Shown here piece after piece: positions 37,462-50,112 of a stretch of 64,000 nucleotides of DNA. The stretch is from Perkinsus chesapeaki ATCC PRA-425. Taxonomy: Eukaryota; Protista; Perkinsozoa. Location of the stretch: positions 1 through 64,000 of the forward strand of contig JAAPAO010000045.1 of NCBI GenBank assembly GCA_013115145.1, given 5' to 3'. The translations under genes and the position numbers were made by a program. Positions within the stretch are counted from its first letter, which is position 1. Every line of letters starts with the position of its first letter. The notes under the pieces were generated by a model that worked only from the letters and a program-made list of their open reading frames with translations, had not been told where the DNA came from and did no database searches.

Positions 37462-40400
37462 GATGTAGCATAAACGGTAATGAGAAGACGCTACTAATCG
37501 GATTCAGTTGGAGTTGTTGGGCGGATGTAGGCTTGGCGACACCGTCTGCGGTGGACATTCCTGTGTGATATGCTGGTATATACCACATAGGGATGCATCT
37601 ACAGTACGCGTTATCTCAAGAGCCCTTTTCTTGTGGATGTCTCAACTTCTTAACTACTGCTCATATCAACCTAAAATTTGGTACCTCAAATTTCATCACC
37701 GAAAGCGAAGTCCGTGGCATACTTCAAGCCATGTTGGGAGAGTTCCTGTGACAAATCTCAGGTTGATACGAACAGTAGATAAGGATTTCAGCTGCTATCC
37801 ATACGGGATTGGCTCTTCGGATTATTGCGCCTACTACCAAGATGCGTTCCTCAGTGGCTAGGACGCGCTCCCAATGCTGAGATACCGAAGAGTTCTGTCA
37901 GAAAATCCCCAGACCAAACAATATCATCACCTGCGTTCTTTATAGGAGCATTGCTTGCTGATAGCAGTTACGTCATTGACTGACGACTCAACACAGCAGT
38001 ACAGCAGCTATGGGAGCAAAAGCACAACTATTGCGGCGGAGGCGGCGGCGGCACTGAATGGCCGTAAGAGCATGATGTATCATCATGATCAACAACCATG
38101 CACTCTACTACTATTTCTGCTGCTGCTGCTTTGATGGGCTGCGACATACCTGTAAAAATATATTAAGAAGATCCAATTGGAAGGAGATACAGCGTAGTGC
38201 CGTGGTGGCGGCTAATACAACAACAAGTCAGCAGCTACGACGAGAAGCATTCGTGGACTACTTTTGCAACTAATGTTTGCAGCACCCGTCGACTCTGCAA
38301 TCCGATAGGCTCTAGAGCTAAGAACCCAATCGCTTACTAGGACTAAGGACATCCTTACAGGTACTTATACTACTCGATGAGGATTCTCAAAACCTAGTCC
38401 ACATGAACCTCGAGGTTTTGAGGGATTTATATTCAAATTAGAGACCTATATTTCGTGACTATCTCGAGTATTGATACACGGGAGGATCCATCATCACCCG
38501 GCCAACTGCTGTTGCTGCTGCTACTGCTGCATGTAGCAGATTGCATGCCGCCCCTCCTCACCTTCGGAGGTCTAAGCCTCTCATAGCAATCGGTGGTCCA
38601 TCATTACTATAGGCTGCTGCTGTCGATAATGCACAGTGCTTTGGTACACTGGTTGGCCTGTACACTGGCCTCTGTCCCCTTATTGGTCTATACCTGACCA
38701 GACACCTCCCCTTTATTATAATGCCAGCCTTACCTTCCAGGACTCGGCGTCAGTTCAGTGCCAAACGGTGATACCTCCGCAGCGCTTCTCATCCTCCCAG
38801 CGCTATTCGCCTGTCGACCCCCTTCTTCATCATACGCTAGTATATCAAATCCAACACTGGACTTGCTTTCGGTGCGGGTGCTGCCCGATCCACGCTTCCG
38901 TACGTGAGCAAACCCCTCACCAGCATTCAGGTCCTTCCCCAGTATAATATTCCTAAAAGGAGTCCTGCAGGCAAATCAACACCGTTAAAGCCCCACCTTG
39001 GCTCAATCGGTCGCTGTGGTTTTCTGGCAGTAGTACAGTCTCCACCCTCCCTAAGCTGCAGCGACCCCTGAGAACACCTAGATACCCAACAAAGCAGCAA
39101 CAACCACAGTAGCATACTTACACCAACTAAAGAGGTCATGTTATGCCGCGGAATGGAGGACCACTCGTCCCTAACCTCCCCCAATCTGGAAGTAAGAGCC
39201 TTCCCCAGTAGGCTCGGCACCACCGCTGTGGCAGAATATGCGCCTGAAGCAGCCCCTCAAGCCCCTGTCAGTAATTAGCAGCTTCCATCACTTGCTGGTC
39301 GCGGGTGCTCATTATCTTCGTTACCGTATGGCGCTATCGGCTTATGAGTCTCTACATCGTATCTGAACAAAGCTGATTGCTGCAATCAACATAGGTCATA
39401 GCAGGGCTCCGGCAAATCAGACCCCCCATGGCCCCCTCCCCCAAGCATTATTAAAACGCCTTTACATTCACCAATCCCACTCCCTCACAGACCGTCACAC
39501 ACTACAAGCAGTTTGCATTGCCGGCCAGCTAATACAACATCCACATTGCCCGCTAGTGAGTCTATCATACCATCATAACCCACCAGAAGGACTGGCACCC
39601 ACTCAACCAACCCTCCGCTCGTCCTTATCCCCAGCAGCATCCAACTACTCTATTCTCTAGAGTGCGGCAGTTCTACGGTATGCTTCCGTACCGTACTATC
39701 CACGAACCGCAAGGTGGTGCAGCCTGCACCATTCTCATTATGAATGTAATGGAGATTTTTCTTTAAGGAATGTAATGTAATCAAGTAAGCTGTATGCAAT
39801 ACGCTACTGCCAGTGCCCCCTCCTGCTCCTTTATTACAGTCCCGTTCTAAGAGATAGCCTCCTTCCTCTACCTGAATACATCTTAGAGTACTTGCTATCC
39901 CAATCCTCCCGTACCGGCGTATCTACAACCATCAATACAACAGAAGACATCAACCGCTGATCTCATATTACTCTCAAAATGCCTCCGCTTCGGCATAGTG
40001 CTCGGGTGCTCCCGACGGTACCCACTCGACCGATCTAACCTCGAGACTGTAGTGCATCTACTTATCCCAGATACCTTACTTTCACCCTCAGCAGGGCCAA
40101 GGACACATGGAGCTGCCCCTACATTTAAGGAGGAGGGAGACGCTGCTGCCTGGGGACCTACACAAGACAACAGTACAGTGAGGAGGACACGCCACTTGAC
40201 AGTTATAGCTCACGTGCGGTAGTGATGACAGTGGGGCTGCTGTCTGGCCAGGATAGAGCATTCTGCATGCCGCTAGAATCGAGGCTCAGATTAAGAGACT
40301 GACGGCGTTCAACCATTATAAGGTTAATGAAGACAACGTACTGCGATCAACATACAACTGCTGCTAGTAGCCTAGTCACACACAAGTTCTGTGACAGAAC

Positions 40401-41735
40401 TGACTCCGATTGGACCTCACATAGCAGTACTAGTTGGGAGTATTCTCAGCTGCTCCTCCTAATTAACAATTAAACTGCTTAATGAGCAATAGGGAAACTA
40501 TATCACTCTCATCATCACAGCTTTAGCATCAGCTACTCAGTCTTTTAGTGTTGTTGTCTTTTGCCATCTTCTGTCACGCATTAATCCTTCCTCAGCTCAA
40601 ATGTCTGGAATTTAATACCAGTGGAGTCGATGGTGCATATAGTATTGGTATCACCTAAAATAGCAGTGGCCATCACTTCCCCTATCGCCTCTTCCAACCA
40701 ACTCACCGGTATGAATATCTCTCTCAGTAGCAGAGGCAATGACATCTTTACACAATTCTACCATCTGTCCCTCACTCAGTGGCTCATGACTAGCCAACTG
40801 CTGATGGGCTTTGGTTAACTACGACACATTCAACTTCCGTCTATATAACAACAACAACAAGCCCACCTGATTATCCAAGATACTCTGAACCAGCGAGCTG
40901 CCACTGCCTTGAGCTCCACACGGTATAGACTCATACGACCCGATAGCATCATAACCGTACACTTTACCTGCAGGCACAGGTTCGATCCCCGGCACCGGCA
41001 TTTTATTACCTTGACCATTCTCATCAATACCCGCTATCATATTAAACGTATAATACCTACCATTGTCCTTACTAACCCCTCAGCAGCCCCCCTCCCCCTT
41101 ACGGGAAGAATCTCTTATAGTAGAGTATGTTGGACAGCATCTGGGCCACCGCTCCCACAGTAGGCTCCCTCCTGTGCTCATGAACATAACGGGCCACACG
41201 ATTCTGACCATCCACACTTCCCCCCTCCACAACAGCCCCTATTACTACCTTCAGAACCTTGTGAAGGGTAATCTGATCTGCCAGCATCCCACTTGTAGTG
41301 ATAACGCAACGCTCCGTCCTAGCATCACCCATACCTTACCCTCACTTCCCCCACAAACCTACAGCTTGGTGATCTTTGATCCATTCCTAGTAGCAATGGT
41401 GTAGCCCTTGCTCACTCGGTTGTCGGTGGAGACAACACAGAAGTCAGCACCAGGGACAGCTATGCAGGTGCTAACCAAAGATACCACATTCCCGATACCC
41501 CAGGTCCCTTCTAGTACCCTCCGTTGTCCTGATAGGGGTTGAAGTCATTCTTGTGCTCCAAAGGGGCCATCTCGTAGTTAGGAGCCTCGTCCGGGCGACG
41601 AGCAGCCATCAGGGAGGCAGGTGTCATCATCATCTTATCAATAAAGTCAAAGAGAAGTCCTCACAAAACTACCAAACCGTCATCGGCTCCTCCTCCCCCC
41701 AACCAACGCAACCCCGTCCATACCAACAACCATCG

Positions 41736-43304
41736 CTAAGACATGCCATCAGACTCCTCATCCATGAAGGGATCGTCATCTAGCCCCTTGACTCGTATAT
41801 GGTATGACGCATCATCATCATCAGAGCCTTGGCCTCCAAAGGTAGAGTGGAAGCTCGGCCCTAGAAGATCACGCCAATTGGGGACATGGTCGAACTTGGG
41901 CAATGATGGTGGCTCAACCTGAGATAAAAGACTTTGACCTCATTTAGCATCACGAATCAATGCTCCTTGTATCTTCCCCAGTGCTGGGATATAATAAGAC
42001 CAAATTTCCTACAAATTGTGCTCCTTATGACCGATCCATCGCCGTACGCGTACCCATCGGGAGCCCTATAGCTAACTGAATCGCTCAAGCCGAGGGTTCG
42101 ACAAACAACAACACCCCCCATACTCCACAAGAGTACATCTCCAGCGAGCAATTGATAGCATTACCTCCCCCACTGTATCCTCGTCCTTCTTCTTCTTCCT
42201 CCTTTTAACCACTGGTGGTGGCTTCTCAGTTGTCTTTGCATACATCTCCAACTCCTTTATTATATCATCAGATGACTTCATTGATTCGGCCTTAGCACTG
42301 CTCTCGAGTTCTAAACAGCTTCCCTATCCCCCACCAGCCCCATACTCCCCCTACCTTCGGAACTCCGCGCTACCGTTTTCTCCGCTTCCGCAATGGCCTG
42401 GGCCAGAGCGTCCACAGAAGGTCGTGGCGTGGTAGTAGTCGTAGTAGTAGTTGTCGGTATAACTTGTCCTCCACCTACCAGCCCAGAGCTTTGGTCGAAG
42501 AGCGGTAACCCTGACCATTAGTAATCATACAAAGCCATCGATAGGCCCCCTCGCTTACTACCAAAAGGTGGAGTGTCGGCCAAGGGTTGCATCGCTCCGC
42601 CTATATCTTTCACATTTAGATCGCCGATCTTGTCAAAGGTGTAGCCCCCTCCACCACCACCAGGAGGAGGAGGAGGGAACAGTGTCGGTGATGGCCGAGT
42701 CGGTTCAGGAGTAGTCTGCCCATTCCCTATATACCCCACCAAGAGCGAGCGCTTACCGGCAAACTGAATTGGGCCATTGGAGGGTTCTGGCCCAAAGAAG
42801 GCCATAGGGGAGGCTGACTCTGCTGGTAATAAGGAGGAGCCTGCTGCTGAGAGGATGGAGACATCTGATGCAAGATGCTTATACAGACAGCCTCAACCAA
42901 CAACACTACCATCATAGGTTGCCCGACGCTTGGCATAATACCCGTCCCAGGGATCGAACCAGGGTCTCCAGCATAAGGCCCGCCAACAACCTGTGGCTGA
43001 TATGTCAGCGGTGGCGGAGGGGGCTGCCCTCCGTATGTAGGCTGGTAATAGCTAGGTGGCGGCGGATAGGGATATATCCCGCCATAAGGGAGCATGTATG
43101 GGTACCTTACACACCACCAAGTACTACTATTGGTCCGATGGTTTATCATTACCACGGCGGCGGCGGCGGTGGCCCTCCAGGTTCCTGTAAATAGGACGAC
43201 GATGACCCCTTACTCTCTCTACCCTTATCTACTGTATGCCTCCGCCGCAACAACCTTGCGGTGAGGACACCAGATGCAGTAAGAAACAATATTAATATTT
43301 TCAT
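41736..43304 (-). CDS. Secreted Pro/Tyr/Gln/Thr-rich low-complexity protein
   Basis: Signal MKILILFLTASGVLTA, then RLLRRRH; exons with PPPPPPW|YPYMLPYGG, PPPPSYYQP, poly-Thr and an acidic tail. Confidence 0.55.
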
Positions 43305-43981
43305 TAAGCCATTTAGAAGGGTTAAAATATTGTCTACAAGAAGCCCCAAATTGACTGACTTCTCCAACTGCCCGGCGGCCAAGTGACAGAGCTGGAGCAG
43401 CCTCCATGCCTACCAAACTACTACATACATCACCTCACCCCACAGACCTCTATAGTACCCATTGGTCGTTGTGATACACTCCAAATGATGAGCGCAGAAG
43501 GGGGCTTATAAATGAGGCTAGAGTAATTTGCCTAGCCCAGCCATACCGACACCCTCGCCACTACCCACTATACCAATATAATACCATATACCCGCAATAT
43601 ATACCTAAACACCTTCCCCCAGCATGCTCTCTCCACAGGACTGATTTCGGACAGAAACGCATTAGCGCGCGCCCAAGTGATAGATTTCCATCTAACCGAA
43701 CGGCGAGTTGTGATTTCCAAAACCGGTACTGGTTTCGTGAGAGTTTAATGAATGAGCTGATTAATGGTGTCAAGAAGGCATCTTGAAGCCACGGTGACTT
43801 TGCTGCTACAGGAGCCATTTGAAGGGATATAAAGGATTGGTTGCTCACCACCGTCGTTCGAAAAATTGATTTGCCCCCCAACCCACGTTGCCCTAAACAC
43901 AAGATTCATGCGATAACGAAGAAACCGAATAACATACATCTGCCATTAGGCAGTAGTGGTGGTGGGCAGTAGTAATGTGTC

Positions 43982-44818
43982 TTACATTTTGTTGACAGTA
44001 CCCTTAAGTCTATCATCTATCCTAACCAGGAACCTTAACCTATTAACCTCAGTCTCAACAGCATCCCAATCGTGTGCTTCATCACACAGTCTAGTAAGCT
44101 CCTCCTCACATTCCCTTATCCTTGCATCATTCTCATCAGCCAGCTTGCTTAGCTCTTCCTCATCCCCTTCAGCATCATCTATCTCCTCATTATAGTCCAA
44201 CATCTCCATCAGCACACTAGGGTCCATGTTACCCATACCATCGGCCTCGTCATCATCAGACTTCACACCGGTCTCTAGTTGCAGCAAATGCTCTGCCCGC
44301 TTTAGAGGTGATCGGAGCGTCTTAATGGCGTCATTAACCATAGCCGAGTCGGCAGCGGCCACCTCAGGATCAGCACCCTCAACGTGGGCCACCTTGTCTG
44401 GATGCAGCCTGTTCTGTAACTTCCTATAGCACTTCTCTGCACCACTGGTATCTAGGCTATACCTATGTGGTTGGTTTAGCAAACAAAAGTAGTCTGTGGG
44501 GCAATCGCGAGGCTTCTCTGGTTGAAGGGAGTCGCACGACGGGCAGAATGGACAGAAAGAATTCATCACGAAATCGCATTTGGGACAATGCAGGTTGCAG
44601 CAGTCCGCCGATTCGCAGCAACCATTACTGGCTGCTGAGGCGAAGGCTCGGAGGGCCCCAGTGGGCTGCTGCGGCTGGACAAACCAGACTTTAGTGGTCG
44701 CACCTACAACCCAGTGGGTTGCAGGTGTGAGGCACCGCTGGACGGAAGGAACTGCCCTGAGGAGCGGGCCAAAGGAACGTGAAGGTTGGGCTAGTAGAGC
44801 AGCGCGAGCGGAGAGCAT
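43982..44818 (-). CDS. hscB: HscB/Hsc20 mitochondrial Fe-S co-chaperone (intronless)
   Basis: Basic presequence; CPKC...CPSC; DYF; YRKLQNRLHPDK (J-domain HPD); SAMVNDAIKTLRSPLKRAEHLL; acidic C-domain. Confidence 0.93.
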   Translation of the reverse strand: MLSARAALLAQPSRSFGPLLRAVPSVQRCLTPATHWVVGATTKVWFVQPQQPTGALRAFASAASNGCCESADCCNLHCPKCDFVMNSFCPFCPSCDSLQPEKPRDCPTDYFCLLNQPHRYSLDTSGAEKCYRKLQNRLHPDKVAHVEGADPEVAAADSAMVNDAIKTLRSPLKRAEHLLQLETGVKSDDDEADGMGNMDPSVLMEMLDYNEEIDDAEGDEEELSKLADENDARIRECEEELTRLCDEAHDWDAVETEVNRLRFLVRIDDRLKGTVNKM

Positions 44819-44928
44819 TTAGTGAAATATTAGATAAGTACAATAAACTAAAGGAAGTAGACGCCAATAGGATGAACCCGATGCCACTGGCAGTAGGATG
44901 GGAAATGTGAGCAAGGACATGATGATGA

Positions 44929-46239
44929 TCATATCATCTTTTTCATGGTAAAGAATCTTTTATAGTAGAGGATCTGAAGACCAGCCGCCCCAACAAGAAC
45001 CACCACGTTCAACAGACAATACACAACCAGCCTAAACGACGTACCTGGTCAGTGCGACAATCGATGATACCCCGGAGATGGCCTTCTACTTTCGGTTGTC
45101 TTCCTCATCCGCTCATCTCTTTCCCTCATATAGAAAAGTGTCTTATGGTACTCGTTAAATAATATCTGTATGCGATGGAGCTGAGCTTGAGTGTCATCCA
45201 AGTGATCCTTAGTAGCCACTTGAGTGAAGTCGGCAGCATCAGCACCGTATCTTCAAAGATTCCTCGAGCTACAGCTTTCTGCCTCACCTACCTGAACATT
45301 AGCTCGACCTCTGTAGGAGCCCTAATAGCGCTGTTTGCTAGCCCCACACAAATCCAATGTGGGCCACTCTAAAGAGGTATCCTCAATAGCCCCTCACACG
45401 CCCAGTACCTCAGCAACGGTTGCAGCAGCCTTCACAAACTTCCTATCATGCTCGGCTACTAGAACACCATCAACCTACATTAACTTAAACCATCTCCGAG
45501 GTCCCTCAAGTACCCCAGCTTCATAGAGACTCAGCGGTATACCAGCCGCATATAGATGATACTCGGTCCCTGGACGAACCACCTGTAGAGAGTCATTTAG
45601 AAGGCTATTAATAGGCCTTACCAGATCAGTTAATGAGGGGGAGGCCTCCTCTCCGCCTTGGATCGTGCTCTCAACTACCTGCAATATGTGCTCACCTCAG
45701 CCATATATCCCCTCATCGAACCAAACGTTTTTACTGCCAGAAGTTGCCAAACTCAAATACAGTTTTGTGGAATATTCTATCCACCAACGCACCCGATAAC
45801 CTCGAGCCAACCTTAAGATACGCTACTACCGACCAGAACAACGATGCCAAAAACGCTTCTATCTCCCGGCCTCGTCAAAAACAGATTTATAATGATGGCC
45901 TCACAAATTCCAAAAGCTCGCTTCAGCTCCGGGGTTAGCGTATCTTTCCAGAAATCCAAAGATACCATAGAGGTTAAAAGCGACACTTCCCGAGTGATCC
46001 GAGGCACTGTGTGATTTTAGCTTATTACGCTAGATACTCACCAACAGCTGCTTCTTAGTGAATTCCTCCCCGATACATTTAACCTTATTATCGGGATCCA
46101 AGTGGATGGTTAACTTAACCTCAGAAGCTGAGCCACACATGGCAGCTTTGAATAGCAGAAAAGATACTCTCATCACCTGAACTCGAGCTCCCACTGGGTC
46201 CAACGCAAAGACAACAATGCAAATCAAAAATACCATCAT
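44929..46239 (-). CDS. p24/emp24/gp25L GOLD-domain protein (TMED10-like)
   Basis: Signal peptide; KVKCIGEEFTKKQLLV; FYMRERDERMRKTTES; TM then YYKRFFTMKKMI (FF plus dibasic tail). Internal exons not fully resolved. Confidence 0.8.
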
Positions 46240-46337
46240 GAAGAGCTTTACCAACAACTCGCTCTAATAATACGACTGACGCCTCAAGGCATCAGATGTT
46301 CGAATGTAAGCTATGGTCATCAAAGATTCCTCGGAGG

Positions 46338-46992
46338 TTAGGGATGGAACCACCAGGACGTCACGGTACCGAAGCCGAAGGCCATGGCGAAGCAGTAGGC
46401 CATACCGCCCGCGGGATTAGATTGCATCCACCTAAACAAAGGCAATGTACAGCACTGAGTTGAATGGCTGGAAGTACTTGGTGAAGCAGCCACCGTTCCA
46501 CGTGGGAGAGGTAAAGCAACTCTTACAGCCACAAAAGAGCCTGACACCAGTGTGCTCCGGCTCCCAGCGACGAGGACGGAATCCCTAACAATAAAGATAT
46601 TATATGATGAGAGTAGATCTCACTTACTCCCTCTCTTTTAGAGCATTTACAATGCCCATCAACCCAGGGTTGAGTCTTGGATTCACCGCACGCGCACCAC
46701 CAATAGACCTGTGGGCCGATAGAGGCAATTAAACTAGCAAACTGGACCAACCTTGCCGGACTCAACAGTGCAGACGTATGGTCTGTACTGGGCCACCTTT
46801 GGCGTGGGATCATGCTCCCACCAGATCTCGGTCCATGTAAAGCGGGGAGCTGATAAATTGCATGATAGCATATAGAAATGTGACTCTACCTGAAGCCTTA
46901 AAGAGGCCTCTAGTAGCAGCCACAGTAGTAGGAAGGAGAGCTCTCCCACCAATAGAGCTTGCCGTGGTCTTCTTAACGGCCGAGGAAAGCAT
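46338..46992 (-). CDS. CDGSH-like Fe-S protein, ApiCox13-like cytochrome c oxidase subunit
   Basis: Presequence; HDPTPKVAQYRPYVCTVESGK|VYWWCACGESKTQPWVDGHC...FCGCKSCFTSPTWNGGC; C-terminal TM ending WWFHP. Confidence 0.75.
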
Positions 46993-47172
46993 ACACTATT
47001 GGCTTTACAAAGCACGCTAATAACAATTCAAGTCGATAGTAAACGCGAACACAACTCGAGAGTGATCGGCATCTTGCTAAATCTTGCAATCTTGTATTTT
47101 CTCAACGACAACTTATTCTTCCTCCTCATATCGTAGGTGCCGGCATTTTTCTACCTTACTACTATCCCTAGG

Positions 47173-49647
47173 ATGTTGTCGAAGGCTGCATATGTCCGGC
47201 CCGTAGCGGCTTATTCCGCCCTAGGGAGAAATGCAATAGTGGCACCAGCAGCTCAGGTATCTTTCCGACCTTGAAGATCCTAGGTCAACCTCAGATCAGG
47301 TCCGCCACTCCTCAACCTTCACGAATGGTATGGGCTTTGGCATCTCCCTTCCCCAGCTCTCTGGGCCTGGTGGTGTATTTGTTACTAAGTATCCTATCTA
47401 AAATCACCAGTGTCTCAAGTGCTTACCTTAGGTATAAGATAACCAAGCCATACAACGAGAACACTACCTGGGATGACTTCCTATTGTATATGCCAGAGAG
47501 GGATCAGCTCGCCAAGTTCACCAAGGACGTCCCGCTCTTTATACGGTACTGTCTTATCCCTGATGTAGCACTACTGTGGGGTCAGGTACCTCAAGCTGGT
47601 CACAGATCAGGAGGGGCGTAAGGAGGCCTTTCGTGAGTTTTATCAACGGTAATACGAAAGACAATCCCAGCAGTTCCCAGAAGTTCCTTTAGGTGCAAAG
47701 ACGGTCTCACTGTTGAGAATGATATTTTTCTCACCACCGAAGAGCTACTCGCTCTCATGTGGAAGAACGGTTACACTGATAAAGGTAGGGCACAGGCGGC
47801 GGCCTTCGGAAGACAGAGGATCTTCAACGATCAGAGCGTAACGCCATCTTGGCTACTTTCCCGTCGGACTACCGCTTCCATTACCCAGAGCTTTCGGTCC
47901 TTTTTGATGTCCCTGAGGTGAGTCCCTAGCTAGACGGTGATGGATGCGATGCTCCTGGTTCAGGAGGATACCTATAAGTTCTGTCTACGCAGTCGAATGG
48001 AGAAGAGCCATATTGGTGAATTAGATTACGAGAAGGTGAGACGACCACACCTCAAGATGGCCAATGGCTCTCGACTCGACTGGAGGAGAATTGTCCAACG
48101 TTCCATTAAAGCGTCCCTTTCAGGTCAAACGTAAGGGGTTCCTCCGAGACCACTGGTTGGTCTTCGCGGGTGGATGGTAAGTCATACTTGACTGTGATAA
48201 GCTCCGTTATCATCATCCCTAACAGGTACATCTTCAAGAACTTCCCGTTCTATAACTACCTCTTCTATATGAAGACCTATGGTTTTTCGCTTTGGTTCGT
48301 CAGTTGTTGGTATCTATTCAACAGGATGGCCAACCGTGTGTGGAGGCGGTACTCTCCGGGCTCCCCCTTGCCTGGTTAATGTCTGTTGTTTGCTCAGTAA
48401 CGAATTCATGGCCGAACAGAAAACGGCTGCTGGTGTGACAGAAGGCGAGGATAAAATCCTCAAGAACATGTCTCGCTTCACCAATGATTCGATGTACGTC
48501 ATACCGCTCCTTCCTCAAATCTTGGACATCTCGACCCCTAGGTGTGTCAACTACCTCAAGGCCTTCAAGCGTGAGTCAACCGACCGTCTTGCCCAGTACC
48601 ATCATGCTCTCATCCAGAAGCAAAAGCACGATGTAAGCTTTGGCAAAGCCCGGCTTTTGCAGCCACCACCACCACCTCATCAGATAACCGATCGTGTCCT
48701 CCATCAGCTCCAAAACATCGAGCGTTCTGAACACAACATGGCAGCTTCCATGCAGGGTAGGCAGGCACTCTTGAGAAGTCTATTTCATCCTTACTTGTCT
48801 AGAAATACTGGTTCGTGAGACAGCGTCCTCGTTCCGCGATATGTTCCCCACCGACCCTAAGATGCAAAAGGAGAGCTTCAATACAGCATTGGCACAGTTA
48901 GCTGGCGATACCGTCGACGCGTAGGAGAACCAGATATCGGTTGGAAGGAATGTCTTGGTTTTAGATCAAAGGATCCTGTAAAGAATCACTTCCTCAATTC
49001 TTTCAAGGAGCTCAAGACACAGGATGTCTCCAAGGCTACGGTAGGGGGGCGTTGGGGTGTACTGGGTAGAATGTTCAATTTCAGCCCGACGAGAAGGGAA
49101 GCCTGATCCAGCGTTTGGCCTTTGATAAAAAGAAGAGTAGGAGCGGATGGTTGTTGTTAAGTGACAGTGTTGTTGTTGATAGGTGAGAGGGACTTCGAAA
49201 GGCAGTACATGGTAACCAAGGCTGAAGCTGAGGAGGTTAAGGAGCTAGCTAAGAAGGCTAAGGCAAAGGAAGGGTAATATAGAAAGTGGAGGAGGAGGGC
49301 CGGGCGGTATGGTGTTGAAGTAGATACAACTGGTCGACTCTCAATGATAAGGATATGGCTCGTATGGAGGAGCTTTACACTAAGATAAATAATAAGGTTG
49401 GATTCCCGGTAGGAGCTTTACGTAGTCACTTGGTCATCGATTGCTGTATCAGATGGTTACCGAGAGCGCGGTAGAGTCTGTGTCGACCGACAGCTATGCC
49501 GACGTCCGTGCAAAGGTAGGATTCGTTTGCCTATTGTGTGTGTTAATGTAAGGTTAGGAGTATACAAGCCATATGAACGAGCAGTTGGAGGTGATGCGAG
49601 TGAAGCTCCGTAATGAGAGATTGAGTATGTTCGCTGGAGCCTTCTAA
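47173..49647 (+). CDS. Mitochondrial ATP synthase subunit b, myzozoan type (multi-exon)
   Basis: TWDDFL, KDVPLFIRYLK, FPSDYRFHYPELSVLFD, RDHWL, KNFPFYNY, LQNIERSEHNMAASMQEILVRETASSFR, ending LSMFAGAF. Matches my recollection of the Toxoplasma peripheral-stalk subunit; a TM hairpin followed by a long helix favours b over d. Confidence 0.8.
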
Positions 49648-49740
49648 AGTGCTGTTTCGTTGTTGCTCTTTTGACGATTAGTTTCATTTGTGTTGCTGCG
49701 GAAATATCGGTATGAGTTGCGTAATAAGTATTGTTACAGA

Positions 49741-50112
49741 AGGGGGAGGGCATCTTAAGGGTATCGAAGCACATAAAGGGGAGGGCATCTTAAGGGTAAC
49801 GAAGGACATAAAGGGGAGGGCATCTTAAGGGTAACGAAGGACATAAAGGGGAGGGCATCTTAAGGGTAACGAAGGACATAAAGGGGAGGGCATCTTAAGG
49901 GTAACGAAGNNNNNNNNNNNNNNNNNNNNNNNNNNNNNNNNNNNNNNNNNNNNNNNNNNNNNNNNNNNNNNNNNNNNNNNNNNNNNNNNNNNNNNNNNNN
50001 NNNNNNNNNGTAACGAAGGACATAAAGGGGAGGGCATCTTAAGGGTAACGAAGGACATAAAGGGGAGGGCATCTTAAGGGTATCGAAGCACATAAAGGGG
50101 AGGGCATCTTAA
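49741..50112 (+). repeat. 35-bp tandem minisatellite AAGGGGAGGGCATCTTAAGGGTAACGAAGGACATA spanning a 100-N gap
   Basis: CATCTT recurs at 49751, 49786, 49821, 49856 and 49891, and again after the gap; no spacers. Confidence 0.95.
49910..50009. other. Assembly gap (100 N)
   Basis: Run of N inside the repeat array. Confidence 1.

Noticed and set aside
40975-41000. GGTTCGATCCCCGGCACCGGCA as a tRNA
   Set aside because: The T-stem does not pair well and there is no 5' half.
37500-41700. Several short ORFs and low-complexity tracts
   Set aside because: Probably fragments of multi-exon hypothetical genes, but I could not assemble a consistent spliced model or recognise motifs, so they are not called.
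42940-42970. B-box-like GGTTCGATCCC on the minus strand
   Set aside because: It lies in frame in a coding exon (GDPGSIPGTG) and no cloverleaf forms.
49741-50112. 35-bp repeats as a CRISPR array
   Set aside because: Units are directly adjacent with no unique spacers, there are no cas genes, and the context is eukaryotic. The ORFs called across it are repeat artefacts.
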